Shown: positions 40,310-54,809, counted from the first letter of the stretch. The stretch is DNA of 64,000 bases from Octopus vulgaris (GCA_951406725.2 OX597823.1:107074001-107138000); one strand, 5' to 3'. Notes: a model not told the origin generated them from the letters alone. Numbers and translations are program-made.

Positions 40310-41992
40310 TGCATATATGTATATATACACATGCATATATATACATACATATATATATATATAGATATATATATTAATAAATAAAACATATGCATATATA
40401 TATACATATATGTACGTACCTACCTCTACATGTATATATACACGCATATATGAGTACAGGACACCAAAAATAACGTCGAACACAATGAGAAACGAAAACA
40501 TAGACACAAACCCAAGAAACTGGACATTTTTCTTAAACAACAAAAAATAGAGTACAGGACAAATAACACAAGGAAAAAACACCTTCTTCAGTCGCCATGG
40601 TTTCATCTACTCTATATATGTATATATATACCAGTATAACAGTATACCTAACGCAAGAGGCAAGATCAACTAGCGTTGTTAAATTGATGTGAGTCATTAC
40701 AAGCTTTGAATAGCATGTTAATTTCTCGAAGATAAGTTCCTAGAATATCAGAGTTATTAACCACATTTAGAGAAACATCCAATGATCTGTAATGATTTAA
40801 GAGCTGCTAATCCAATATGTAGAGCATTCACTGATTCCCTTATAGATAAAATTATTCATCAATACAAATTAAACACCGTTTTCTACATCCAATTGTTTTC
40901 ACTGATCTACGGAAGTCACTTTCAAGGAATTTCCAGATTGGTAAATATATAATACCAAGTGTTTACTCAATACAATCAATGTTTTTACGGATTGTGTGTA
41001 ATGCTAATTAAGCTGAAATTTTATTTATATTTTAACCACGCAAGAGCTGTTTCATAGAATTCTATATCATTTTTGTAATAATACAATAGAATGTTTTTAG
41101 AAGCTGGTTTGGTTTATTTCATCTATAAATTCATTTGATCAAATATGACTTCGCTTCGTGTATGACATGATGCACACTTAGTGTATGATAATGTTTTCAA
41201 GACATATTTACTAAACATATTTTTTACCTTCGATCTATAGTTGTGAATTCTTCCTTAACAACAACGCAGTAGATTCATATGACACACTACAGTATTTAGT
41301 TTTGTCCTTTTGTCATTCTAACGTAATATCAGTGACGTACTGAGGTCAATTCAACTAGGTTCATTCCCAGAAAAATTTATTTTTGTTCCGACACAAAAGT
41401 AGAAACAGGGATAATTTACTGATGAATAGTGAGCCCTTGATCCACAAGTCTTAAGACCAAAGATCTTTTGCTGAAATATCATCTCGTTTGCCTTATATAT
41501 AGCAGAGTGTTTAGGATTATCTAATTCATTTTTTAAGTCAGTAATGGATTGAGCTATTTTTTCCTAAGATTTGGACATGTGAATTGATGAAAGCAGTTTG
41601 GTTGGCTACCATCCTTGTCATCGTAGACCTACTAAATCAAGACTGATCTACGCTGTATATTTCTTGATAAAATGCTTCAGTAACAAGAAAATTTATTCCT
41701 TCTTCCTTAGTTTGCGGTGAAAGGAATTAGTGAGGCCCCAATATGAATACTGTTTTCTTGAGCCTTCAACACAGTCCATTGAAATAAGTGAAAAAAAAAT
41801 ATTATTCTAGTATTTGACTTATAATTCATTTGTCGATACCAAAGAGAAGAAAGGCAAAGATGAACTTGGCAAGATTTGAACTAAGAGTGAAGAGAATCAC
41901 AACAAAACATTCATTTCAGCAATCCTAACGTCTTTGCCAATATGCCGCCTTCCTAGATATAGCTGACCACAACAGAGCTACCGATTACACAA

Positions 41993-42370
41993 ACTAGATA
42001 TAATAAAATAATATATTAACTGGATGTAATAAAACATTATATTAAATGGTTGTTAAGTAAATATAAAACAAAATGCAAACTCTATATGATATAACTATAT
42101 GCTAACTAGAAATGATAAAATGTATTCACCAGAGGTCATAAAATATATTAACCACATGACATTTAAAAAAACCGTTTACTAGATATAATAAAATATTATA
42201 TTAAAAAGATACAATAAACGTTATATTAAACTTGATATAAAATATTGTTTGGTTGATATAATAGAATTGTATACTAGCTAGTTATAATAAAACATATTAA
42301 CTACATATAATAAAACCATATTAACAAGATACTGTAAAATAGGGTATCTATTAAATATTATAAAAACATA
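41993..42370. repeat. Degenerate ~25 bp AT-rich tandem repeat
   Basis: Recurring ACTAGATATAATAAAA(T/C)A..ATATTA units. Confidence 0.75.
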
Positions 42371-43344
42371 ACTAATAACAATAAACCCTCAGTGGAAAGA
42401 GGAAATAATGAATCTCTAATCTAAATGAATAGAAAATATTTTATCCGGTAATGCTGTGATTGTTTCACACTACATCACCGAATAATTAGAGAAGACATTT
42501 GAAATATACACACATCAACTCTTTACACAGGGGAACTTAAATTTATTACTTTAAAAGTTGCTTTAGAGACGTAGAGGAGAAAATCTTATCGCAAATACAA
42601 CAAACAGTTTAACAAAATTACATGAATTCAGAATATTGAATCCTGCTGTATGTGAACAGTTCTACCATACAATGTTCAGTAAAACTCTAGAAAAGAGCAT
42701 GAAGATCACAACTTTTCTGTTTATTTCACGTTCGAATACCGGAACTTTGTATTAATTAATATAATATATTGATTCCAAATTTTGGCACGAAAGCCAGAAC
42801 TTTCGGAGGGGGTGGTAAATCGATCATATTGCACCCAGTTATCAACTGGTACTTATTTTATCAACCACAAAAGGATGAAAAGCTAAGTCGACCACAGTGG
42901 AATTTGAATATTAATATAAAATATTAATAACTCCAAGTTTATATGGAGATAACCTCCACGTTAAGCCTGAGATTAAGATTGATTTTTGGTATTAATTCTG
43001 CTTCTGCCGCAATTAATTATTTCTTGATAAGCCCAATTAGCTGCCTCAAACACCAGTGCTAGAATAGACACGGAGATTCTATATATCAATGAGGGGAGAT
43101 TTGGCTGTTATTGCACTACTGGAAATCTGCCACTGAGGAATCTACAGCATGGTTAAATCACGTGATCGGCCAGTGCCGGCCACAGATCACGTGATTTCAC
43201 CCTGCTGTCAACCATATAATTACAAGTGCTTATATACACCACGTTTCCTTATGACAGATCCTCTAAAACTAAAAAAACATAGTATATTTTGTTCTAACAC
43301 AGACTCCGCGTTAAGTTGGAGATCAAAATTATCGTACGCATACT

Positions 43345-43408
<64 letters not shown>

Positions 43409-43896
43409 CACACATATTTCAAAAGATATTTACGGTAAAATAGCAAAGTCGGTATTAAAAGTATATAAAAAAAATTTGTACTACAATGTAAAAGGTTTAT
43501 GTATCATTTAAAGGCTAATCACTCTGATCATATGTGAACGTGTGTGTGTATGTATGTTTATGCGTGCACCTGCATACTTACATTCACCGACAAGTATCTA
43601 AGACCATAATATCTACTGCTTCCAGTTAGTAAGTACGATAAACGTAAGCCAGATTTAAGTTCCGGCTTAACATCTTTGTAAGTGGATAAACGGTGATAAT
43701 CACTTCACCACTATATCTTGTGGAACATCCTCTGTCTCAGTTCGCTCCTGTAACATAAGATATCTATACATACTCACTCTCTCCCTCCCCTTTTCTCTCT
43801 AATACACACATATACATCAAAATTTCCGTAACCATAGCATTTTCTATAAGCATTTAAACTATGTATGAGTTTATACACCAACACACACTCGCACTC

Positions 43897-44220
43897 AGAC
43901 GGTACTCCGTCGGTTACGACGACGGGGGTTCCAGCTGAGCTGATCAACGGAATAACTTGCTTGTGAAATTATCGTACAAGTGGCTGAGCACTCCATAGAC
44001 ACGCGTGCCCTTCGCGTAGTTCTCGAGTAGATTCAGTATGTTACAAAAGGTGACAAGGTCGGCCCTTTGAAATACAAGTTGCTCATTTTTGCCAGCTGAG
44101 AGAACTGGAGCAACGTGAAGTAAAGTGTCTTGCTCAAAGACACAATGTGCCACAAGGAATAGAACTCACGACCTTACGATCGTGGGCCACATTCCCTAAC
44201 CACTAAGCCACGGGCCTTCA
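43897..44220 (-). mobile_element. tRNA-derived SINE-D (CORE-like domain plus a conserved 3' domain)
   Basis: Reverse-complement head TGGCTTAGTGGTTAG, CORE-like TTGTGTCTTTGAGCAAGACACTTTA; second copy at 47913-48200. Confidence 0.82.
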
Positions 44221-44245
44221 CCCATGCCTGTACATAGAGAACTGC

Positions 44246-44773
44246 ACACACGCTCCAAAAGTAAATAGACACCCTCATTATATCCTTTTATCTGTGTGGA
44301 GTCTGTTTCATGTATCAAACTAGTCAGTGTATTATTTCAGTAACCCAGTTGACGGAGAACCTTAACAGATGTCCTCCGACTCAACTGGAGTTGCTCGGCC
44401 ACATCGGCTGCCTTACAACGGGGATTACCTTCAACAATCTGCCTGAAAGCCCGCAGTCGATTGCAAGAGGTTTCAGGCTGACCTGAGCGGGAAGCTGTAG
44501 ATAGCTTTTCTTTGAGCGAATTTTGCAATCATCCTGTTGACTATGGCAAAAAGTATCACGAGGTTTTGTGTAATCTTACGCTCGCATTGACACACAAAAT
44601 CAGACAACTTTTTTGCATCTGGTGTTCGTAGCATGGTTCCTAACTACAATTAATTTATAAGCTGTAATCTGAAATAAAAAAAAGAAGCATTAACACGTTT
44701 AAATCATCAGTTAGTGTCCATAGAGATAAAATGGTATAATTAGGGTTGCCTTTCTACTTTTGAGATGTCTGTA
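44246..44773 (-). mobile_element. Internally deleted Tc1-like element related to 21760-22960
   Basis: ORF VEGNPRCKAADVAEQLQLSRRTSVKVLRQLGY vs VKDNPRCKASDIVEQVDVSSRTAVRYLHKLGY; TIR-like AAAAGTAAATAGACACCCT. Confidence 0.8.
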
Positions 44774-46979
44774 TATACATGCATAATCCCACACATAAAC
44801 ACACTTATAAAACGAATACACACACACGCTAACACACACACGTCTGTATGCTGTGTGTGTACGTTTTTAGAAATCTTTCAATGTCTTCAGTGACTATTAG
44901 AAATATTTTACTCTAATCCACACCGTTTCTTGCTTTTCATATATTACCTATGGCTTAAGACATGTTCCAGTTTATTGCTTTCTTAAACACAGCTGGGTTT
45001 TCTCCCTCTTTCTCTTTCTATTATATACACACACGCACACATAAATACACGCGCACACACACACACACACACACACGTACATGCATGCACACACATACAC
45101 ACATGATTATATATGTGTGCATCAGCGTGTGTGTTTTATATAGATAAATACGGATTATATCTGCTTTAATAAAACATTTTTTGTCGCCATAGTAACTTTG
45201 AAAGTGAGCTGCTATTTCAACAATTGTTATTTCTTTGCTTAAATTTATAATTAATCCCAGTCAGTTTTTTATATAATTTATGCGGCATCAATATACTTTG
45301 CTACATTTCGAAACAGGTGAATATCTTTGTTTCAAACCTTAATTTATCTCTCACCTTCTTTCCTTTCATTTCTTTTCTCGTGCATTTTCTAACCTAGTCT
45401 ATGAATAATCCGGAAAAGGCGATCCGATTGACTGGCATAAAGTCACTCACAGACATATTCAATCTCCCACTTACAACCATATTTTCACCTCTCTCTCTCT
45501 CTCTCTGTGCCTCTTTTACAGCTATTATAAGGACATCTGCTCTTTTGAGCTGGCAGGGTTCATACCATTTTCACCCCCAGCCCATTCGCCTCTTCTCCAA
45601 TAGTCACCTTTGTTGAGTCCAATATTCTAATTCTGAACTATTCACTGCGCCCACAATTTCCTTCCATTTCCTTCGGCTCTCTGGAATTCTTTTCCTGTAT
45701 AAAGTGACTTACAAAGGTTCGTGGGGGATGTTAATGGTATAAATCTCACAAATCTGGGAAGTCCTGAAAAGTCATAATACTATCACTGCACACACGGCAA
45801 GAAAAACGAAAATTTCTGTCTTTTTTTTTTTTGTTTCAAAATGACAAACTGTAATTTGATGGGATTTTCCCCTTATTTCTAGCCGGTCCAGTAACCACAT
45901 AGAGGCTACCTCATTGACAATTGTTTAGAGAATCGAATATATAGGTTGCATCAAAATATTTGTTCGGGAAACCTCATACCTTCATCCGATCAGAGCTGAC
46001 CTAGTTTTACTCAAACATTTCAAGTGGAACATATTAAATATCTAAAGTATTTTAGCAGTAAGCCAGTGAATAGCAAAATAATTAAGAAGGTAAAATAAGC
46101 TAACGATGTTTCACACAGCGATATCAGTTATCCGTATAATGTTCACCAGTACATATGCTAAACATTTTGATCTGCAAAATTCTGTAATATGTAACGGAAA
46201 ACCCTTGAACAATTCAAAAGTAATGCCACCTCTTTAATATTCTCTAACTAGCAACCCTAAAACAGATTTATTTGCATGTCTAAAATAACTGTGATAATGC
46301 TATTTATTAAAAAAAATTCAGACCTGAAAAATCACCCTAAAAGAGACAGTTTGGTCCAGGTCAAGTTGAAACACAATTACATTGTTGAGGCATGGTGTGA
46401 TGAACTTAATGGTCTCAAATTTTGATACAAGTCCAGCAGTTTTAGGGGAGAGGCTTAGTCGACTACATCGATCCCAATGCTTATTTTATCGATCTCAATA
46501 GATAAAAAGAAAATTCGACCTCGATGACACTTGAATCCTTGGTAGCTAGGTACTATAGTGCTAAATAATCTGTGTCACATTCCGCAAAATCGTCCCATTT
46601 TCTCTGTACAGACTTCTGATGCATTTACATGGTATGAAGCATTGAAGAAACCTGAAATAAAATAAATTAAACTGAAAAAAAAAAGATTCAACAAAAATCT
46701 AATCCAGGCAAGGGTTATACAGGAGGAACCAGTTGGATTAACATTATCACAGATTATAATATTGATTTCTTAGTATAAAGTTGATTGTGAAACTCCATGC
46801 TTCTCGTAATAACTTTATCAATTGTAAATCAAATATGTTCAATTGTTTATCGAAACCGAAATACATACTAGGTTCGTCGGTGGCATACTTACCATTATAA
46901 TTGCTCCTTATTGTATAATGCATTTTCCCTACGTACGACGACCCTATAGTTTAGGGAAAGAGGAAAACAATATGGGCTA

Positions 46980-47172
46980 TAAATTTTGGCACAAGGCCAG
47001 AAATTTTGGAGGGGAGGAGGTAAGTTGATAACATCGATCCCGGTGCATATGTTACAGACTCCGAAAGAGAAGAATGGCAAAATCGACGGCGGCGGAACTT
47101 GAACTAAGAACGGACGAAATGCCACTAAGTATTTTACTCGGCGTGCTAACGATTCCACCAGTTTGCCGCCTT
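46980..47172 (-). mobile_element. SINE-A degenerate copy (tail type 2)
   Basis: TTTTGGCACAAGGCC..., GCGTGCTAACGATTCCACCAGTTTGCCGCCTT. Confidence 0.8.
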
Positions 47173-47777
47173 GGAGTGATGGAGAGGAAAATATGAAGAT
47201 GTGACGTTCAGATTACTCCAAATGTAATTTAAATATGGGAAATGAAATGACTTCAATCTAGAACCGAAACCAAATTGCAGGTTAAACAAATGAGAATCTC
47301 ACTAACTTTACGCCTCCCAAATATAATATTACAAAAAAGCTAGCAAAGGTGGACATCCTTAATGATCCCTACGCATTTTATAGTATGTTGGCTTATGATT
47401 TAGGAAGGAAATATATTATTTCCATAACTACATGTGGTCTATAATGAAGTCAGTGAACCGTATAGTCGACACCTATACGGCATACCAAAGGTGATATTTT
47501 CATATCCGAAATAAAAGGAGCTGTCGGCCCGTAAAAATATAAATCATACTGGCCTCTCACGATTCAACTGTAAATATATACTGTTTGCACCAACTACCTC
47601 AGAGATTCACAAATTTTCAATAAATAACAATATGCTCTAAATAGGTAATTAGATATAGTTTGAAAATATGTATTTTTAATATATTTTTCAGTTTTATTCA
47701 GCGTTTTTCATACTTCAAATTCCGTACCCACTTAGAGAGAAAAATCTATAAATACACCCTCATACAACCGCACATGT

Positions 47778-47868
<91 letters not shown>

Positions 47869-47912
47869 TGTGTGTCTCTGTGTGTGTCTGTGTGTGTGTG
47901 TCTGTGTATACT

Positions 47913-48200
47913 GGCAATCCGTTTGTTACGATGATGAGTGTTCCAGTTGATTTGATCAACGTAATGACCTGCTCATGAAATTAACGTACAACTTGCTGAC
48001 CACTCCACCGAAAGGCGTACCCTTAACATAATTCTCAGGGCGATTCAGCGTGACACTGAATGTGACAAAGTTGGCCCTTTGAAATACAGGTACGAATAAT
48101 TTTTGCCAGCTGAATGGCCTGAAACAACGTGAAATGAAGTGTCTTGCTCAGTTTGACTGACGCTTGCTATGTGGGATTAGAAATGATGATGCAGGGCGAG
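47913..48200 (-). mobile_element. SINE-D copy
   Basis: Aligns by eye with 43897-44220. Confidence 0.8.
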
Positions 48201-48692
48201 TACCTAGAAGGATATTTTACGGCCTAAACTCACTCCAAGTATGATGGTACCTCGAGGATGGAGATCCTTTTTATAAATTTTGACACTCTCCTGCTTCCTC
48301 GCACAATCTTATTTGACAAATCTAATAAGCATGCAGCTTTTTCTATATATATAAGAACAACGACAAAGAATTGTGCTTTTCTGGAATCTGCCTAGGCCGT
48401 CGTCAGATATGTCAGGCAAACTATCACATATTACCAAAATCAAATTTTAAGCAATTCTTGGTCAGACTGCTAAAATTTCCAAGGACACTATAAAAATAAA
48501 AATAAAACAACGAACCAACTTCAGTATCTCCGAACTGTGCTGGGATGACGTTTCAGTCATTTCCTACCATTCTACTATCATGATTGTCTACACTATGGAT
48601 TGGCTGAGAAAATGCCTGTTGAGAATATTTAAAGAATGCAATTGAAGCATCACCCTTAACACCAATTACCAATATGCATACACACACACACA

Positions 48693-48748
<56 letters not shown>

Positions 48749-49924
48749 TCAAACTAAGCTACTTACACATCCACACAAATCATTATCTATCACAAATAAT
48801 TCCTTAACAATGCTTTAATAGTCTCCCGCTGCATAAAAAATAAAATTACCAGAAATAGAACAGTGCGTGCGTGTCTGTGCGCGCTCATGTGTGTGTATAT
48901 ATAAATATGAAGATATGTGGATACATAAATGTAACCAGGTGGTGCTATTTTCGTAGATCAAATTTCCTGACATTAAATGTATTGATATAATTAGAGACCA
49001 AATCATTTGTCCATATTACTAATCTGAGTGTAAACTATTTTTCAAGAAAATAGATCCTATTTCTTATCTGTGCATTCGCGAAAATATTGCCATTCATTTG
49101 ATTATGATTATTTTGCACTTGACAATGTCACTTGGAACAACACATTTTTTAAATACTTTTTATTTTATTTATTTATTTATTTGACTAGGCACAGTTGTCT
49201 TAATTCATAGGGTTTTTTTTCTGAAATTTACGGCTTTCAGGGGCTTATTTATGACTTAAACGAAGTGAAATTATGCCAAACAACCACCGTGACACGTTTG
49301 AGGTTTCTCTTTTCTGGTGGAATGCTGTATCTATATGGGTACGTATTACTACTCATCTATATATGTAAATCAGACAGAATCACAGGAGCGGATATTACAG
49401 ATGTCAATCTCTCTGGTTTTATAATATGCAGGGTTAGCGTGACACTCGCATGTGTTTAGGTGCCAACTTGCAGTTTCTCCTACATCACTCATTGGATCTG
49501 TCAAAGAAATATCTCACTTAGTCACAATACCATCAATATCAAGGAAATAGAAAGAGAATGATATACTGTCCATAACTTTCGAAAGAATATTCACATTGTT
49601 GAGTGAAGCAATGCGATGTTTCGTACATAATGTATCAAAAATATGTCACAATAAACATTATTTTCCATCTGTCCACTTTATAGGACTTATGAGTTTAGTT
49701 TATCCAATTGACCCATCAATATTACTGGTATTTATTTTACTGGTCTGAAAGAAACAAAAGTTGACTTCGGGAGATTAAAAATATGTATTTCTATACATAA
49801 TTAAATACACTAAATGGTATAATCACATTTTTATCACCCACATGGCTCGATACACACAAAAACACACACACAAAAAAAGGAGGGTTATGGATATGCTTGT
49901 GCCTGGATATATATATATATATAT

Positions 49925-50113
49925 GACCGCATGTGTATTTTCTTTCCCCGTCTTCCCTTCTTTGGATATTTTCTATATTTCTGGTAAAGAGCTCCGTTCG
50001 AAACGTGAAATCCTCTTTCTTTCCTTTCCTTTCCTGAGCGTCCAATAACACTGCACTTATTCCACGTCCTCGCGTTGTTGTTTTTTTTTTGCTTTTTCAT
50101 GTTTGGATTGACC
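49925..50113 (+). mobile_element. Penelope-pLTR-like short repeat with a degenerate minimal hammerhead-like motif
   Basis: ATTT-CTGGTAAA-GAGC-TCC-GTTC-GAAAC-GTG-AAAT at 49977-50011; flanked by (TA)n; shares downstream TTCCTGAGCGTC with 63745-63948. Confidence 0.5.
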
Positions 50114-50345
50114 ATATATATATAACTATGCCAAGGACTTAAAATCTTTTAAGGTATGTTTGCGTCTTAGTTCTCCGGTTTTTACCTGTGAAAAACTAAA
50201 TACGTTAGTTTTGCATTGATGGATATGGGTATTTAGATTATTTATGAATGAGAAAAATAAGAAAATGGAGAAATTGACATACAGACATCAGTTTATTCAA
50301 AGATATTCTGATCAATAAATATGAAATTCTTATTCCTACAGCCGT

Positions 50346-50455
50346 TTCCATAACTAGTTAATTCAATGTGACAAATCAAATTAAATTAAATTAAATTAAA
50401 ATTTTCATATTGAAACTGGCTAATTGGGTATTTCATCAGGGGAGAATTTTGCTTT

Positions 50456-50538
<83 letters not shown>

Positions 50539-50751
50539 TGGGGGTGAGTGTGTGCTAATAACGTTTTTTTTGTTATGTATACATTGCCAAAACGCACACA
50601 TCTCGGTCTGTCAAGAGTCGACCAACACGTTAGAATGAAACTCCGTTCTGGAAAGTTCTCCCCTGATGAAATATCCAATTAACCAGTTTCAGTATGGAAA
50701 TTTTAAATCAATTTAATTTAATTTCTCTAATTTAATTAATTGGCTATGGAA
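50346..50751. repeat. Long imperfect inverted repeat (core arms 50378-50449 and 50652-50724) around (TG)n
   Basis: ...TGAAACTGGCTAATTGGGTATTTCATCAGGGGAGAA vs TTCTCCCCTGATGAAATATCCAATTAACCAGTTTCA... Confidence 0.88.
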
Positions 50752-51009
50752 TTTATGTACGTACATACATACAAAGATACATACATATATATTCATGATG
50801 TAATCATTGTAACAGAATTATTTCATCAATAAAAAATACTGCTCGAAGAACTGTAGCTAACCTTAAATCCATTTGTGTTCTTTTATGCTAATGGCATACT
50901 CGGAACCATCCCTACGTTAGATCTCTTACTAGCATTGGATCGTGAACTTATGTGTGTATGTATATACATGTGTGTATGTGTGTGTGTGTGTGTGTGTTTG
51001 TGTAGGTTC

Positions 51010-51385
51010 CGTCATGTGTATGTGGTTAAGAATTTTGCTTTGCAATCACGTGGTTTGGAAATCTTTTCTTCCGCGTGTCACGTTGTGCAAGTCGAACCCA
51101 TGCCGACAAACTATCTTCTTATTGAATTTGATAGGCAGAAAGTGTGTGCAACATGTTATATATACATGTATATATACACGCGCGTATTATGTGTACCTTT
51201 GCATTTGTTTTGCGCACACATACACACACAAATCACTTGGTTTCTTTATGTGCATGCAATACAAGGGTTCAGTAAAAGAGCTCGAAAGAATAAATAAGCG
51301 ACTTAGAATAACTTCTGGGGTTTTGTACGCCTAGACTACACATGAAGGTACCCTAGCATGACTGCAGCCCAAAGAGCGAAACAGA
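51010..51385 (+). mobile_element. Degenerate SINE-C copy
   Basis: TGTGGTTAAGAATTTTGCTT head; 3' CCTAGCATGACTGCAGCCCAA..GAAACAG. Confidence 0.6.
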
Positions 51386-52559
51386 ATATGTAAATAGGTG
51401 TGTGTTTGCATATATGTGCGTCCATGGTTCTGCAGCTACATAGTTATTTTAGCAGAAGAAACCTGCGATTTTCAAGTAAGAAATATCATTTATGGAATCG
51501 AGTCTAGTTTCACATTGCAATTATTCTATCTACCCAGGTAAGGATTTGAACTCGGAACTTAAGTAATACAAGGCATTTCGTCCAGAATCATTTTGTTTCT
51601 TTAAATCCACCCCTCAACAAAATATAGATAAATGTTATAAAATAATTCTGATATTCGAGTAAAAGCAAAGGTTGTTGAATTAGTTTATTTACTGTATACA
51701 CACACGCACATATGTGTATGTGTGTGTGAGCGTGTATATATATACATATATATATGTATACATACATATAATTTTTTTTACTTTGATGTTGAAATGAAAA
51801 AGTATTTATCAATTAGTCCGCTTACTCGGCGCTGTGCAAGTGGGGAGAGAAATTAACTAAGATAAATATAATTTATATTAAGATCAACATATATAAAGCA
51901 AAACCAACATTAAAATCTATTTAATTATCCTGTCGCTTTATAACGTAAATTCTCTGAAAATACCAGGTGTTGCACTAGAAAAACTTGATAATTAAAATTG
52001 GGGCAGATGTTGGGATTCAGTAAAACTTATTTATATCAAATAAATTTACTGAAGGTTGATTGTAATAAACTGTTATATCATTATACGATGAATGTAATTA
52101 AGGGAGATTTGTGAAAGCTCATATGATCGTGACGAGCGCCTATTATATAATGTACTCTAGAGTACACATACGCACGCATGTACACACGCACATACAGCGC
52201 GCGCGCATATACATACATACGTAAGTTTGTAGAACGTCTTTTGTATGCGTATACATTGGAATGTTGCCTATTAATTCGTGCTTGTGTGCATTTCACAGTG
52301 TGTGTATACTTCTGTGTGTATGAATGTGTGTGTGCGTGTATATATATATGTGTGTGAATGGATTTGAGTGAGTACAAATATATATGTAGACACACATACA
52401 TACATATATGTACGTATATGTATGTGTGTGTATGTATGTATGTCATTATTCAGTTTATTTCAATATTTCTTGCCAATAGAGAAAGAACCAGTTCCTAACC
52501 TAGATCCAAGGCTCCTTCATTGGAATATCAACATCAACATGAGGGCATTTTTGCTTGTT

Positions 52560-52659
52560 TGTTTGTATGTATGCATGCATGCATGTATGTATGTATGTAT
52601 GTATGTATGTATGTATGTATGTATGTATGTATGTATTATGTATGTATGTATGTATGTAT

Positions 52660-52690
<31 letters not shown>

Positions 52691-53005
52691 GATATGTATG
52701 TATGTACGTATTGTATGTATGCATGTATGTATGTATGTATGTATGCATGTATGTATGTAAGCAAGTATGTATGTATGGATAATTTATGTATGCATTCACA
52801 TGCATAGAGTTGCATATCTAAACATGTTATATGTATGCATGTATTGTATGTATGTATGTATGTATGCATGTATGTATGTGTGTATGTATGTATGTATGTA
52901 TGTATGTTTGTATGTATGCATGTATGCATGTGTGTTTGTATGTATGTATATATGTATGTATTGCATGTATGTATGTATTGTATATATGTATTGTATGTAC
53001 GTATG
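52560..53005. repeat. (TATG)n tetranucleotide microsatellite
   Basis: Direct reading; explains the CMYV/HTYI ORFs. Confidence 0.97.
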
Positions 53006-53177
53006 ATTATGCTAACATGTCTCTGACCTCCTTTCATATTCGAGCGAGTGTGCTTATCAATGATAGATACATAAACATATACGTATTTCCAGGATTCCGC
53101 ATGTTCATCATCTTCCTACAGCATTAATGTTCATGCGAACGATCTTGTTTCTGACTTTCTGTCTGTGAGTGAATTCG

Positions 53178-53246
<69 letters not shown>

Positions 53247-53590
53247 GAGGAAAATTAATGAAAATGACACTTGCGATGGAACCTGAACTCAGAAACTTAA
53301 AATAATATATTGTACGAATGTTTCCAGTATTTTGAAATATAAGACCTTTGCCAGTACACATACTCACCCATACACCTACCTATCTACCTACCCTCCAACA
53401 TACATACATTCATACATCTAAGCATACACACTCGCACACACACGCACAAAGATACACACACATGAGTATGTAGGTGTATGTGTTTATATATATAATTATA
53501 ATTGCATACATGTGTTAGTAGACCTGTCTGCGTGTGTGTCTGTGTGTGAGTCTCTGTGTGCTAATTAGGTTTAAAAACTAATATTTAAAG

Positions 53591-53928
53591 AAAGGATGGG
53601 CAAAATAAATGCGGCACTCGAACTGCACGTTGCCCATTATGTCTTTTGTATGGCACACCTAATGTCGTCATAATATAATATAATAACATTTTTCTATCAT
53701 AATTGTGATGTCTGCCTTTGTGTCTCTCCATTTCAATTTGATTCTCAATTTCACTGGCGCTTTCTCTTGATCAAGGTTAGGTGGAGTTAGGAGATTCCCC
53801 AATTATCAACCAATGAAAATGCTCAACATACAATGCTTGTTGCACTCTTCTTTTTGTTGTGTGGCCCAATTTTATGATAAATAATATTTCATAATCTTTG
53901 CTGTTAGTAATAAGGTTGCCCATGCTTG
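53591..53928. mobile_element. hAT-like non-autonomous element (MITE), degenerate
   Basis: Termini AAGGATGGGCAA / TTGCCCATGCTT with subterminal GCGGCACTCG and TGTGGCCC motifs typical of hAT MITEs; no clean TSD. Confidence 0.45.
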
Positions 53929-54036
53929 GCATAAAATCTCTGTCGAGCAACTCACTGAGATTATAGTACGCATTCCATTAAAAAATGCACGCACATGCAT
54001 ACATAAATACATGTATACACAAACATATATATATAG

Positions 54037-54069
<33 letters not shown>

Positions 54070-54114
54070 TATACTCACATACACATATATATGTAAATAT
54101 ATATATATATACAT

Positions 54115-54809
54115 AAAATACAAAATGGGACAAGGATGCAAATCATCCAGACAGTTAGGTGAAACATAAAAGGGACAACAAAACATCCAGATAGACGATA
54201 CAAAGAAAACAAGGATGGGTCATTCGGAGTTTTCTATCCTCAGTCGAGTTCCAGGTTATCTTTGCAATTTCGGCTGGTTACACTCGAGATTGCTCCAATC
54301 TGGCCAGCCCCAAAGAAAAACTAAGCTAAGAGCATTAGATTCCTTGGAAGAAAGCAGCGAATGTATACAAAAACAAGGACGGGAAAAACGGACAATGTTA
54401 CACAAATACAATAGAAATAATAAAAATAATAAAAACAGGACATAATAACAGGTGTCTTTCGACTAAGGACAAATTGAATTAAGCTGGTGTGTGTGGAAAT
54501 AAAGCCTTACGGCAGGAATACAGTATTTCACAGGCACAGAGACGAATAACGATGTTGCACGGACAACGGCCGAACCAAGAAAGAAAGATCAAGCTTGGCC
54601 GAACACCGGTCACTTGGGGAGAGAAGAGAGAGGTAGAGGAAGAGGGACAGAAGAATTAAGGAGGGGAGAGAAAAATGACAGGGACACAGGGAATGAACGA
54701 ATAAGCGTGAAAGGGATGATAGAAAGTAAGAACAGAGGCGAACAAAGATTTAGATAAATATATATACCTACATATAAGAATATAAGAGACCAAAGTGTAC
54801 GTACGCCGC

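Noticed and set aside
50660-50705. CTGATGA ... GAAA as a hammerhead core
   Set aside because: No convincing stem II or stem I pairing around the core.
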